A DNA stretch of 64,000 nucleotides from an uncultured Candidatus Saccharibacteria bacterium (GCA_964409535.1 CAYPDQ010000001.1:22993-86992); one strand, 5' to 3'. Counted from the first letter of the stretch, positions 47,542-56,536 are shown. Numbers and translations are program-made. The notes: a model not told the origin generated them from the sequence alone.

Positions 47542-48007
47542 TTCGGCGCGCTCTCTTCTCTTGCGCCGTGACCGCGTGAATTTCCTCCGTGAGCCGGTTA
47601 TTGATCTTAATCAGGCGGTGGATCTCGTCCTCTAATTTCAAGATCGCTTCGGCGTCCTTGAAGGTTTGCTCCGCCTGTCTGTCGGAGGCGCGGCTCAACA
47701 CCTGTTGCCCTACCGCAAGAATTGGCAGGGCGAGGAGTTGAACTAGGTTGCTTAGAAAAAGCAGGAAGATGAACGGATACGGGTCCCGGCGGAAAATACC
47801 GATACCCGCCGATGCAAGAAGTATCCAGCCGAACATCCAGAGAACCAGGATGTAGAACGTCCACATGGAGCCGAACTTTTTCGCGACGAACGCCGCAATG
47901 CGACCGTTCAGACCCACACTCTCGTCGCTCGTCTTGCGCGGCCCTTCACTCTCCCGCTCACCTATCCGGGGATGGGGAGTATGTTTAAGCAAATTGCCGT
48001 CCATCAC
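47534..48007 (-). CDS. DUF1003-family membrane protein
   Basis: FGSMWTF, DPYPFIFL, PILAVGQ. Confidence 0.75.
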   Translation of the reverse strand: MMDGNLLKHTPHPRIGERESEGPRKTSDESVGLNGRIAAFVAKKFGSMWTFYILVLWMFGWILLASAGIGIFRRDPYPFIFLLFLSNLVQLLALPILAVGQQVLSRASDRQAEQTFKDAEAILKLEDEIHRLIKINNRLTEEIHAVTAQEKRARRNE

Positions 48008-48048
48008 CTAAACAGTATACCAAAAGCCATCATATGTTTTTGTGTATC

Positions 48049-48339
48049 TTTACAACACGGCTCGAACTCATTTTATCCGAAATTCCTGACCAAAACCAGC
48101 TGCTCTGCCCCGCCGCGCCCGAGCCGCAAGCGAAGCCCCGCCGCTCTGTTCGTCCAGAACAGAGCCGAGCAGAAAAATTGCCTTCTCATTTTTTTGTTTT
48201 TTGCGCGCACCGATTTTTTCTTTTAGAAGGTAAGGCAATTTTTCTGCGAGGTAGTGCCACTTGGTGGCACAGCGGCGGGGTGGAGCGAATTGGATTTTTC
48301 AGGAATTTTTGCTAAAATAGTTTCTAACGTGGTTGTAAA
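48049..48339. repeat. About 290-bp imperfect palindrome
   Basis: TTTACAAC/GTTGTAAA, AAATTCCTGA/TCAGGAATTT, CCCCGCCGCT/AGCGGCGGGG, GCAGAAAAATTGCCTT/AAGGCAATTTTTCTGC. Confidence 0.8.
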
Positions 48340-48675
48340 GCCACACCACTACAAAACTGAACGGCTTTTTTGAGGCCAATTCGTGGGCGGCTCGCAGAGC
48401 CGCCCATTGATTTTGCGGCGATGAATTCTCTCCGCTCGGCGGCCTGATGGTCGCCTCGCGATTGGCCAAAACGAGGTTCGCTCTTGTGCGATTTTAAATT
48501 CTGTCTTTTTTTGAATTTGCTTTGCCCAAAACAAAAAGAATTTTTGCTTTCTTTCTAAAAGTGATATACTGAAAATGCGCAAACTGAACGAGAATTCTTT
48601 TTTAATGGCCGTCCCAGACTTATCTAAGATTTCTTAGGTTTGCGCACTGGGGCGGTCATTTAAGTTTTAAAAATT

Positions 48676-50211
48676 ATGGAAAATATTTCACCGCAAAAAT
48701 TCTTTTTGTACGCCCGCAAGTCCACCGATGTTGAGGACAAACAAGTTTTGTCCATTGAGGCCCAACTAACAGAATTGCGCGCCTTTGCAAAAACAGAAGG
48801 GCTAAATGTCTTTGAGGAATTTGTGGAGAAGCAAAGCGCGAAAATTCCCGGCCGCCCCATTTTCAATTCCATGCTCAACCGGATTGAGAGAGGTGAAGCT
48901 AACGGCATAGTTTGTTGGAACCCCGACAGATTGGCGCGCAATTCTGTTGACGGTGGACGAATAATTTATCTTTTGGACTGCGGGCGTATTGTTGCGCTCA
49001 AGTTTCCAACGTTCTGGTACGAAAATACCGCGCAAGGAAAATTTATGCTCAATATCGCTTTTGGGTAAAGCAAATACTACATTGATTCACTTTCGGAAAA
49101 TGTAAAGCGTGGGTTGCGCCAAAAAGTAAGACGCGGAGAATATCCTGGCCTTGCGGCAGTGGGATATATCAATGACCCACGCACTAAAACTGTTGTGGTA
49201 GATAGAAAAAAATCAGTGGTAATTCGCAAGGCCTTTGAGTTATACGCGCAAAACGGCTCGCGCCTTGAAGATGTTTCAAATTTTTTGGCGCAACAAGGCA
49301 TTACCACGTCAGGCGACAAGAAGCTTCACCGAGACAGAATTTCTTTTATCCTTTCCAACCCTTTTTACTATGGACACTTTCGTTATGCCGGCGAAATTCA
49401 CGAAGGAAAGCACCAGCCAGTCATCTCAAAGAAAATTTTTGATAAAGTCCAAGAAGTTTTACGGCAAAGAGGAAGGTCGATGAAAGCCAAATGGGAGCCG
49501 CAAGCTCTGTGCGGGATTTTGAAATGCGGAACTTGCGGCATGAGCATTACCGGCGAATACAAGGTTAAGAAGCAGAAAAATGGCAATGTTCACGAGTATG
49601 TCTATTATCACTGCTCCAAACGCTCTAAAATTATGAAATGTCCCGAACCTTGTATTCGCCAAGAAGAACTGGACAACCAGCTTTCCTCTTTACTACAAAA
49701 ATTTTCTTTGAGAGCAGATTGGGCGGAACAAATGAACACGATGCTTGAAAAAGACAAAAAGGAATCCGCCCAATTCTGCACCGCTTTTGTTCAAGAAGCG
49801 AGCACCAAAATCCAAAGTATCAAAGTTAAGCTCCAGCGACTTTTAGACGGCTATCTTGAGCAAGTCATCGAGCAAGAAGTTTACAGAACAGAAAAAGCTA
49901 AACTTCTCTCCGAGAAAAAGTCGCTGGAGGAACAAATCACCAATCTTGAACAAAAGCGGACTGGCTGGTTAGAACCTATGGAGAATTGGATAAAAGAGGC
50001 AAGTTCCTTGCCTAAAATCGCACAAGAGAGCAACCTTTTTGCTAAAAAGGTTGCCTACCGAACTTTGTTCGGTTCGAACCTCATTCTGCACAACCGCGAG
50101 GCGCGGCTTGTCGCGCCGAGCAGAGAGGATTTGTCGGGGGAAAACGCTTGGGCGGCACTTCGTGCCGCCCATCAAATCGCTTCAAAAAAGCCTTTCAGTT
50201 TTGTAGTGGTG
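48676..50211 (+). pseudogene. Large serine recombinase with in-frame TAA at 49066-49068
   Basis: YARKS catalytic Ser, DRLARN, Zn ribbon CGTC...YYHC, coiled coil; frame continues SKYYIDSLSEN after the stop. Confidence 0.85.
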
Positions 50212-50281
50212 CCCCCGGCAGGAATCGAACCTGCATCACCTCCTTCGGAGGGAGATATCCTATCCATTGAACGACGAGGGC
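50207..50281 (-). tRNA. tRNA-Arg(CCG)
   Basis: GCCCTCG/CGGGGGC acceptor stem, loop CTCCGAA, GTTCGATTC, ends ACCA. Confidence 0.93.
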
Positions 50282-50298
50282 ATATCTCGTCTACTGCG

Positions 50299-51417
50299 CT
50301 AATTTACTACAAAGTAATAGACTTCGTAAACCGCGCCGAGGATGAAGACGAGTACCAGGAGATTGACCAGAAGCTTTTGGGCCGCGCTGAACGCAAGCGC
50401 ACGCTTACCCACGAGGAGGATCAGGAGGTACTCCAAGCCAAGGAACACGCCCCCGGCAAGACCGAGAACCTTCAAAAAATCGCCGAAGCCCGCGAGCAAG
50501 AGAAGAGGCGGCAAGAGAAACACCACCGCCGCAGCCAAAAGCCGCGAAGAGCCGAGGTCGTGAACCAGAGAGTTTCTTATCTCCAAGCCAATAGGGATGT
50601 AAGAAGTCCAGATAGCGAAAAACCCCAGAACCACGACCGACAGAAATTTCCACGCTGGCCACTCTCCCAGCCCGCTTACCGTGTCCGGCGTGACCGCAGA
50701 GATAGTTCCAAGTACACCCACGACGAAAAGAAGGTACAAGAAAGCAGCCGCGTAAATCCCTGCGGTCATTGCCCTGCGGGAACTCCCGGACGCCTGCCCC
50801 GCGCGTTTGCTGTAATCGAACGCGGGCTCCACCGCCGTCCAGGCGGCAAGCGAGAAAAGAACCGGGCCGAACGGCAGGAAAATCTCTTTCCAATTGATCG
50901 CCGCGAATCCCGTTAGAGAGTTTTTCTCTAATGGAACGAAAACGCCGAAGAAAACCAAGCCGATTATAAGCGCCATCATCACTGCGCCGAGGAATTCGGA
51001 GAACAAAAGCCGCCGCAGGCCCAAGAGAATGGGGAGTGAACCTGCAAGCCAGAAGAGGAACGTTCCCAAAGTTCTCGTGCCGGGACGGAGGAGTTCGGAA
51101 AATTCCCCGGCGAGTATAAGATAAGTGACGAGCGCCAAGGTCAGGCCTCCGATTATGACCACAACTCCGAAAATCCTCCCGCCAGTCCCAAAATATCTCG
51201 CCGTGAGTCCCAGAAGGCGCTTACTCCCGCCATCCGCCTCCAAAACCCGATAGTACAGGGAGTGGGCGAAGGACAAGAAAAATGCGATTACCGTGAGGTA
51301 CAAGACGCCAAGGAGCCAGCCCGACCGGAGAAACACGTAGGGTAAGGAAAAAAGACCTGCGCCAACCGCGGTCGCTGCGACCAGCACCGCTATCCACACG
51401 AAACGTCCTACTTTCAT
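50299..51417 (-). CDS. Aromatic amino acid permease family transporter
   Basis: TAVGAGLFSLPY, many TMs, PFGPVLFSL. Confidence 0.82.
   Translation of the reverse strand: MKVGRFVWIAVLVAATAVGAGLFSLPYVFLRSGWLLGVLYLTVIAFFLSFAHSLYYRVLEADGGSKRLLGLTARYFGTGGRIFGVVVIIGGLTLALVTYLILAGEFSELLRPGTRTLGTFLFWLAGSLPILLGLRRLLFSEFLGAVMMALIIGLVFFGVFVPLEKNSLTGFAAINWKEIFLPFGPVLFSLAAWTAVEPAFDYSKRAGQASGSSRRAMTAGIYAAAFLYLLFVVGVLGTISAVTPDTVSGLGEWPAWKFLSVVVLGFFAIWTSYIPIGLEIRNSLVHDLGSSRLLAAAVVFLLPPLLLLAGFGDFLKVLGLAGGVFLGLEYLLILLVGKRALAFSAAQKLLVNLLVLVFILGAVYEVYYFVVN
50908..50936. mobile_element. Minimal CCCGTTAGA-TIR hairpin, 29 bp, in frame in the permease
   Basis: TCCCGTTAGAGA-GTTTT-TCTCTAATGGAA flanked by CGAA repeats; 29+4=33 nt. 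Confidence 0.75.
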
Positions 51418-51438
51418 CAGTAACTTTCGCTTCGTAAA

Positions 51439-51511
51439 TCCCGTTAGAGGCAGCCCGCCCTAAAGGCCCCTCCGGGGCGCGCTTGCGCGCGGGCTCGGCC
51501 TCTAAACGGGA
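51439..51511. mobile_element. CCCGTTAGA-TIR element, 73 bp
   Basis: TCCCGTTAGAGG...CCTCTAAACGGGA (one extra A) flanked by TAAA repeats. Confidence 0.85.
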
Positions 51512-51762
51512 TAAACCTTGTCGCCTTGCCGGACCTTTTCCCGGACTTTTATCCCGACCTCCTGGCCCTTTTTGGCCTTGTCTGCCGGCTTGTGGTCGTA
51601 CTGCATGGAGGAGATCTTATCTTCAAAATCGGTGGTCGCGCCGCGGAAGCGGACCTTGGTTCCGGTCTCAACCGGTTTCGTGAACCTGACTATCGCCACT
51701 TCCAGATGGCTGTAGTAGTGGGTCACTTCGCCGATGGGTTCTGGCTCCGAGTTTTTAGGCAT
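51502..51762 (-). CDS. Small beta-barrel protein (EF-Tu domain II / U32 C-terminal-like)
   Basis: IGEVTHYY...VAIV, GATTDF, GQEVGIKV; stop codon lies inside the TIR. Confidence 0.7.
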   Translation of the reverse strand: MPKNSEPEPIGEVTHYYSHLEVAIVRFTKPVETGTKVRFRGATTDFEDKISSMQYDHKPADKAKKGQEVGIKVREKVRQGDKVYPV

Positions 51763-51807
51763 AAAAATATTTTGAGTATCGACCTTTTGTTTATATGTTT
51801 AAACATT

Positions 51808-52404
51808 TCATAGTTCTCTCTCCTCCGCTTCAATCATTTTCACCAACTTATCCAAGAGCTTGGCCGGGTCGGTGTCAAAGACGACCTTGCCCGTGCCGCG
51901 GCCAGCGCGCTCAATTATCTCCGGGATAAGGTCGGTGGTGCCGCCGGTGCCCAAAAGCACCCCTTGCGGCTTCTGGTCCTCGAACGCATCGGTGAATTCG
52001 TTCAAGGTCCCGATCCTGCCACCGACAGTCACGACCGCATCCGCCGCACGGGTGAGAAGCAGGTTCCGGCCGGAGTAGCCGAAGCCGGTGTAGACGATGA
52101 GGTCGTGATAGTCCAAGGGCAGGCGGTAGGTCTTGACGTGCTGGATCTTGGAGTAGGCCGGGGAGAAGCCGATGACGATCCCCCGGGCTTTCTTCGCCCC
52201 CTTCGCCGCCCAGTATGGCGCGCCGGTCGTCGCTCCGGTCACGAGCACCATATCCCGCTCTGCGACGAGTTGCCCAAGCATCTCCGTTTTCTCCAACATC
52301 TCCGGCGGGAACTTGTCGGTAGAAGCAGTGCCGGAAATACAGATCTTATATTTGAGATATGAAAGGTCGCTGGCGTGTTCGTGGTTATGATTGTGGTTAG
52401 ACAT
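51808..52404 (-). CDS. LOG/SLOG family protein
   Basis: VTGATTG, RNLLL, GGRIGTLNE. Confidence 0.82.
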   Translation of the reverse strand: MSNHNHNHEHASDLSYLKYKICISGTASTDKFPPEMLEKTEMLGQLVAERDMVLVTGATTGAPYWAAKGAKKARGIVIGFSPAYSKIQHVKTYRLPLDYHDLIVYTGFGYSGRNLLLTRAADAVVTVGGRIGTLNEFTDAFEDQKPQGVLLGTGGTTDLIPEIIERAGRGTGKVVFDTDPAKLLDKLVKMIEAEEREL

Positions 52405-52498
52405 GAGTTAAAAGTTTAAAAATCAAAATGCAAAGTTTAGGAATCGTTCCGCTTTGCGGAACTCGTTAATTTTTAACTTTGATATTTTCATTTTACAT

Positions 52499-53860
52499 TT
52501 ATTGTAGCATATAGCTCTCCCCCGCCTGCGGTATTGCCGTCTCAAGCGCCAGCTCATCTCTTATCCTCTGGGCAAGCGCCGCGCTTGATTCCGCCTCGCC
52601 CTGGACCACAAAGACCTTCTTGAGCGTTAGGCGCATCGGCCGGAGCCAGTTCAAAAGCCGGGGCTGGTCGGCATGGGCGGAGTAGCCGGATATTTGCCGC
52701 ACCCTGCATCGCACCGGAATCTCTTCCCCGAAAATCTTAACGCTTCTTGCTCCCTCTAAAATTTTCCTGCCCAAGGTCCCGGCGCTTTGGTAGCCGACGA
52801 AAAGGATGGTGCTCTTCGGGTCGGAGAGATACCGCCGCTCGTGGTGCAGAATTCGCCCGCCGTTCGACATCCCGCTTCCCGCGATGACCACCTTGGGCGG
52901 CGGCACATCGTTTATCGCCTTGGACTCCTCCGTGGTCAAAGTGAGGCGCAAACCGGGGAAGTTGAACAGGTCATCCCCGGCATAGGCCTGGGCGACGGTC
53001 TCCTCATCAAAGTAGTCCTTGTATTTTTTGTAGACCGCGGTGAGTTTGATCGCCAAAGGACTGTCTATGAAAACCGGCACCCGCGGCACGCGGCCCTTCT
53101 CCACAAGGTTGTTCAGGTGAAGCAGGAGGTCCTGGGTGCGCTCCATCGCGAACGCGGGGATCATCAACACCCCGCCTGCCTGGACCGTGTCCTCAATAAC
53201 GTCTTCCAGGAGCTCCTGGCGCTTGTCCTCGCCCTCGTGCACCCGGCCGCCGTAGGTGGATTCTATCACCGTATAATCCGCCGATTTCAGAATCTCCGTA
53301 TCCCGGATTATCGGCGCGGGGTAGTTGCCCAAGTCACCGGAGAAAAGAACCGTGCGACCCTCCGCCTCGATTCGCACTATCGCCGAGCCCAAGATGTGTC
53401 CGGCGTTGTAGAGGGTTGCCTCAATGCCGCCGACTTTGACCGGCTTGTGATACGGAACTCCTTCCCACAGCTTCATAACCTCGTCTATTTCGGAGACGGT
53501 GTAAAGCGGCGCTTTACCCTCGCGTTCTGCTTCCTTTTTAAGGAGGCCTTCGGAGTCGGTGAGGAGCAGTTCAGAAAAATCCCGGCAGGGCGGAGTAGAG
53601 TAAATTTTTCCACGGAAGCCGTCTTTCCAAAGTTTTGGCAAAAGGCCGATATGGTCAACGTGAGAGTGGGTTACGAAAACCGCCTTAATGTCCTTGGGGC
53701 TGTAGGGAAATGGCTCAAAGTTCTTGCGCTCCGCGAAGTTCCCGCCCTGATGCAGGCCGCAGTCAATAAGTATCCGTGTCGCTTGTCCCTTATCGCTTGT
53801 CTCCAAAAGATAGTTTGAGCCGGTTACCGTGCCCGCCCCGCCGTAGAAGATTATCTTCAT
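52499..53860 (-). CDS. MBL-fold beta-CASP ribonuclease
   Basis: VTGSNY, THSHVDH, AGHILGS, ESTYG, SAHAD. Confidence 0.92.
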   Translation of the reverse strand: MKIIFYGGAGTVTGSNYLLETSDKGQATRILIDCGLHQGGNFAERKNFEPFPYSPKDIKAVFVTHSHVDHIGLLPKLWKDGFRGKIYSTPPCRDFSELLLTDSEGLLKKEAEREGKAPLYTVSEIDEVMKLWEGVPYHKPVKVGGIEATLYNAGHILGSAIVRIEAEGRTVLFSGDLGNYPAPIIRDTEILKSADYTVIESTYGGRVHEGEDKRQELLEDVIEDTVQAGGVLMIPAFAMERTQDLLLHLNNLVEKGRVPRVPVFIDSPLAIKLTAVYKKYKDYFDEETVAQAYAGDDLFNFPGLRLTLTTEESKAINDVPPPKVVIAGSGMSNGGRILHHERRYLSDPKSTILFVGYQSAGTLGRKILEGARSVKIFGEEIPVRCRVRQISGYSAHADQPRLLNWLRPMRLTLKKVFVVQGEAESSAALAQRIRDELALETAIPQAGESYMLQ

Positions 53861-53900
53861 ATTGTTGCGATAAGCCATTATATCACACCCGGTTCTGCCC

Positions 53901-53929
53901 TTGACATTTGGTGTGTTTTTTAATACAAT
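53901..53929 (+). promoter_or_regulatory. Near-consensus sigma70 promoter
   Basis: TTGACA-17 nt-TACAAT. Confidence 0.8.
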
Positions 53930-53983
53930 TTAGCCCGAATTGGATTCGCTCGTTGACCACTTAACTCACACGCGGGAGGTCGT

Positions 53984-54280
53984 ATGCGTTGTCGTCCGGA
54001 AGTTTCCCAAGGGTGCGTCCGGTTCACGACCGGCGCGAGCGTCGTCACCTACCGGCTCGGCCCCAGCGGCCGGGTGGTGAAGGCGAGTCAGGTTGACTTC
54101 GCGCCGGACTGCAGCCCCAGCGGGATGGAACTGCGGAAGTTCGAGCATCAGGCCGCAGCTATCCTGCACAGGCAGAGACGCGAGAACGAAGCGCGACCCA
54201 AGCGGCGGGATCGCGCTACGCAAACCAAGCCGGGCACGCACGCCTGGCGCAACGGGACGGCCACGGCGCGGCTGTTCTGA
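53984..54280 (+). CDS. Hypothetical basic protein
   Basis: GGAGGT RBS, downstream of the strong promoter. Confidence 0.55.
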   Translation: MRCRPEVSQGCVRFTTGASVVTYRLGPSGRVVKASQVDFAPDCSPSGMELRKFEHQAAAILHRQRRENEARPKRRDRATQTKPGTHAWRNGTATARLF

Positions 54281-54291
54281 AAGGAGTTTGT

Positions 54292-54528
54292 ATGCGATTC
54301 GGACCTCTGCTCATCGGCGCCGGGTTCCTCATGATGTTCACTGGTGCGGGGACAAGTGACATGGAGATGGCGATCGGCGAGAACGTCCGCGCCTTCACCG
54401 GCCTGCCGCTCGCAGTTCTGGGCCTCATCACGCTCGCCGCGGGGATGTGGCTCCTCGCACCTGGCGACGAGCGACAAAGCGAGAAGCCGGAGGAGAAGAA
54501 AGAGTCCCGCCGTCAGCGGGCCTCCTGA
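54292..54528 (+). CDS. Small 2-TM hypothetical protein
   Basis: AAGGAG RBS, two hydrophobic helices. Confidence 0.6.
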   Translation: MRFGPLLIGAGFLMMFTGAGTSDMEMAIGENVRAFTGLPLAVLGLITLAAGMWLLAPGDERQSEKPEEKKESRRQRAS

Positions 54529-54546
54529 ACCTGCCGCACCGAACGA

Positions 54547-54580
54547 GAAGGCCGACTCCACCCCAGCGGAGCCGGCCTTT
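54547..54580 (+). terminator. Possible terminator hairpin
   Basis: AAGGCCGACTCC...GGAGCCGGCCTT between convergent genes. Confidence 0.45.
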
Positions 54581-55892
54581 ATACTTTCAACGCCTCTTCC
54601 ACTATTTTCTTATCGCTCCAAGGGATCTTTCTGCCGCCCGCGACGCACATCCAGACCTCGCCGCCCTTGCCGGTTAGGACGACCATATCCCCTTTTCCGG
54701 CCAGAGATATGGCCTTCGCTATCGCCTCGCGCCGGTCAGATATCTTGTAGGTTTTAGGTATTAGGTTTTGGGTTTTAGACGCAGAAAGCACGCCCTTCTC
54801 AACGTCGTCAATAATTTTCATTGGATCCTCGTCATAGGGATCTTCGTTCGTCAAAATCAGCTCGTCGCAGTATCCGGCCGCGATCTTGCCCATCGCCGCC
54901 CGCTTCCATACATCCCGGCCGCCGCCCTGGGAGCCCAAAATTCCTATCACCCGGCGCGGCTTGAAGAGCTTCGCCGCTTCGTATATCGCTGTCAAGCTTG
55001 CCGGTTCGTGCGCGTAGTCAACTATGACTTTGAATCCCCGCCCCTCCACGATTTCCGCCCGGCCCGGCAAAGCGCGGGCACCTGCAAGCGCCTCCCGAAT
55101 CTTCGCCATTGGAACGCTTTGAGAGAGCCCAACGCAGATCGCCGCCACTGCGTTGTACACATTAAACTCGCCGATTAGCGGTGTCACGAATTTCTCGCCG
55201 TTCAAACTGAACTCCGTCCCGCTCGGCGACAGCTTTACATTTGATATCTGGAACACTTTCTGCATCCCGAGCTCCACGTTTCGCGTTTTGAGAGAATATC
55301 CGTATTTCGTTTTTACCCCCGGTCCCAGAAAGTACTCCACGTTTGGGTCATCCAGATTGTAGACACCAACACCATTTTCCCTTTTCGCGACCTCCTTAAA
55401 AAGATTCAGTTTTGCCTCCCGGTACTTTAGAAAACTGCCGTGGCGCTCAATGTGTTCCGGCGTGAGATTCGTGAAAACCGCAACTCGGTAGTTTATAAAC
55501 TTGTGCCGGTATTGCAGTATGCCTTCGGAGGAGGTCTCAACCACTGCGTAGCGGCAGCCCTCCCGGACCATCTGCCGCAGAAGTTTCTGCAGGGCGAAAC
55601 GCCCGGGCATGGTTTGCTTGGTGTCATTCACCCACTCCCTGCTTCCAATCCGGTAATTCAGGGTGGTCAAAAGTCCGGTTTTATAACCCGCCGCGGACAG
55701 AATATCTGCGATGAGATTTGCCGTCGTCGTCTTGCCCTTGGTGCCGGTCACGCCTATCGCCGTAAGTTTCCGCGACGGGAAACCGTAGAAAAGCGCCCCC
55801 AAGAAAGCCAGAGAAAAGTGGTACGGCTTGGATAGAAATGGCAGCTCGGCGAGGAACCGCACGAAAGGTAGCCGCTTCAGAAAGGAGATCAT
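54579..55892 (-). CDS. murE: UDP-MurNAc-tripeptide synthetase
   Basis: GVTGTKGKTT, TNLTPEH, VDYAH, GGGRD, EDP, GKG. Confidence 0.88.
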   Translation of the reverse strand: MISFLKRLPFVRFLAELPFLSKPYHFSLAFLGALFYGFPSRKLTAIGVTGTKGKTTTANLIADILSAAGYKTGLLTTLNYRIGSREWVNDTKQTMPGRFALQKLLRQMVREGCRYAVVETSSEGILQYRHKFINYRVAVFTNLTPEHIERHGSFLKYREAKLNLFKEVAKRENGVGVYNLDDPNVEYFLGPGVKTKYGYSLKTRNVELGMQKVFQISNVKLSPSGTEFSLNGEKFVTPLIGEFNVYNAVAAICVGLSQSVPMAKIREALAGARALPGRAEIVEGRGFKVIVDYAHEPASLTAIYEAAKLFKPRRVIGILGSQGGGRDVWKRAAMGKIAAGYCDELILTNEDPYDEDPMKIIDDVEKGVLSASKTQNLIPKTYKISDRREAIAKAISLAGKGDMVVLTGKGGEVWMCVAGGRKIPWSDKKIVEEALKV

Positions 55893-56470
55893 TTCTTGCC
55901 GCTTAAAATTTTGAGCGCCTCTTTGAGGCGGGCGGTTATGTCTTTTGTTTCGGCCGATACCTTTTGCAGAGCTTCCCGGGCGTCGTCCCTGCGGTAGCCC
56001 AGGCCGGTGAGCGTTTCCGCCAGATCCGCGTCCGTTTCCATTTTGCTTAGCGCCGCCTGGGAAAGTTCTACCTCCACCTTGTGCCGCAGCTCCAAAACTA
56101 TCCGCTCCGCGGTCTTCCTGCCGATGCCGGAGGCGCGGGTCAAAACGTCCGGCCGCCCTTCTTTTATCGCGGCGGCGATGCTTTTATGGTCCGCGAGGTC
56201 AAGTATCGCCAAGGCCGACTTCGGGCCCACTCCCGCGACGGAATTCAAAAGCTCAAAAAGATTAAGTTCTTCCGGGGACGAGAAGCCGTAAAGATCCAGG
56301 GCGTCCTCCCGCACGTGGAGATGGGAATACAAGGATACCTCTCCACCCGGCGCGGGGAGTTTGGAAAGCAAGCGGCCGTGGACCGACACCTTAAGACCGA
56401 TGCCGCCGACTTCAACCACTATAAAACCGTTGCCCTTGTGTTTTAATCTGCCAGCAACGCTCCAGATCAT
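55889..56470 (-). CDS. ruvA: Holliday junction branch migration protein
   Basis: HVRED..LYGF, GVGPKSA, GIGRKTAERI. Confidence 0.95.
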   Translation of the reverse strand: MIWSVAGRLKHKGNGFIVVEVGGIGLKVSVHGRLLSKLPAPGGEVSLYSHLHVREDALDLYGFSSPEELNLFELLNSVAGVGPKSALAILDLADHKSIAAAIKEGRPDVLTRASGIGRKTAERIVLELRHKVEVELSQAALSKMETDADLAETLTGLGYRRDDAREALQKVSAETKDITARLKEALKILSGKK

Positions 56471-56536
56471 TTGCAAATTTTACAGCTTTCTATATACTAC
56501 CTACCACCTACTACATACTACATACTAATCCCCAAA

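Larger units (their letters stand above)
48042..50211 (+). mobile_element. Minimal serine-recombinase integrative element at the tRNA-Arg 3' end
   Basis: AT-richer segment; recombinase ORF runs into the tRNA; candidate C-terminal piece at the left boundary; shared GTG core. Confidence 0.7.

Noticed and set aside
50212-50916. C-terminal 230 aa of the 600-aa ORF 49114..50916
   Set aside because: Antisense read-through across tRNA-Arg and the permease; not recombinase-like sequence.
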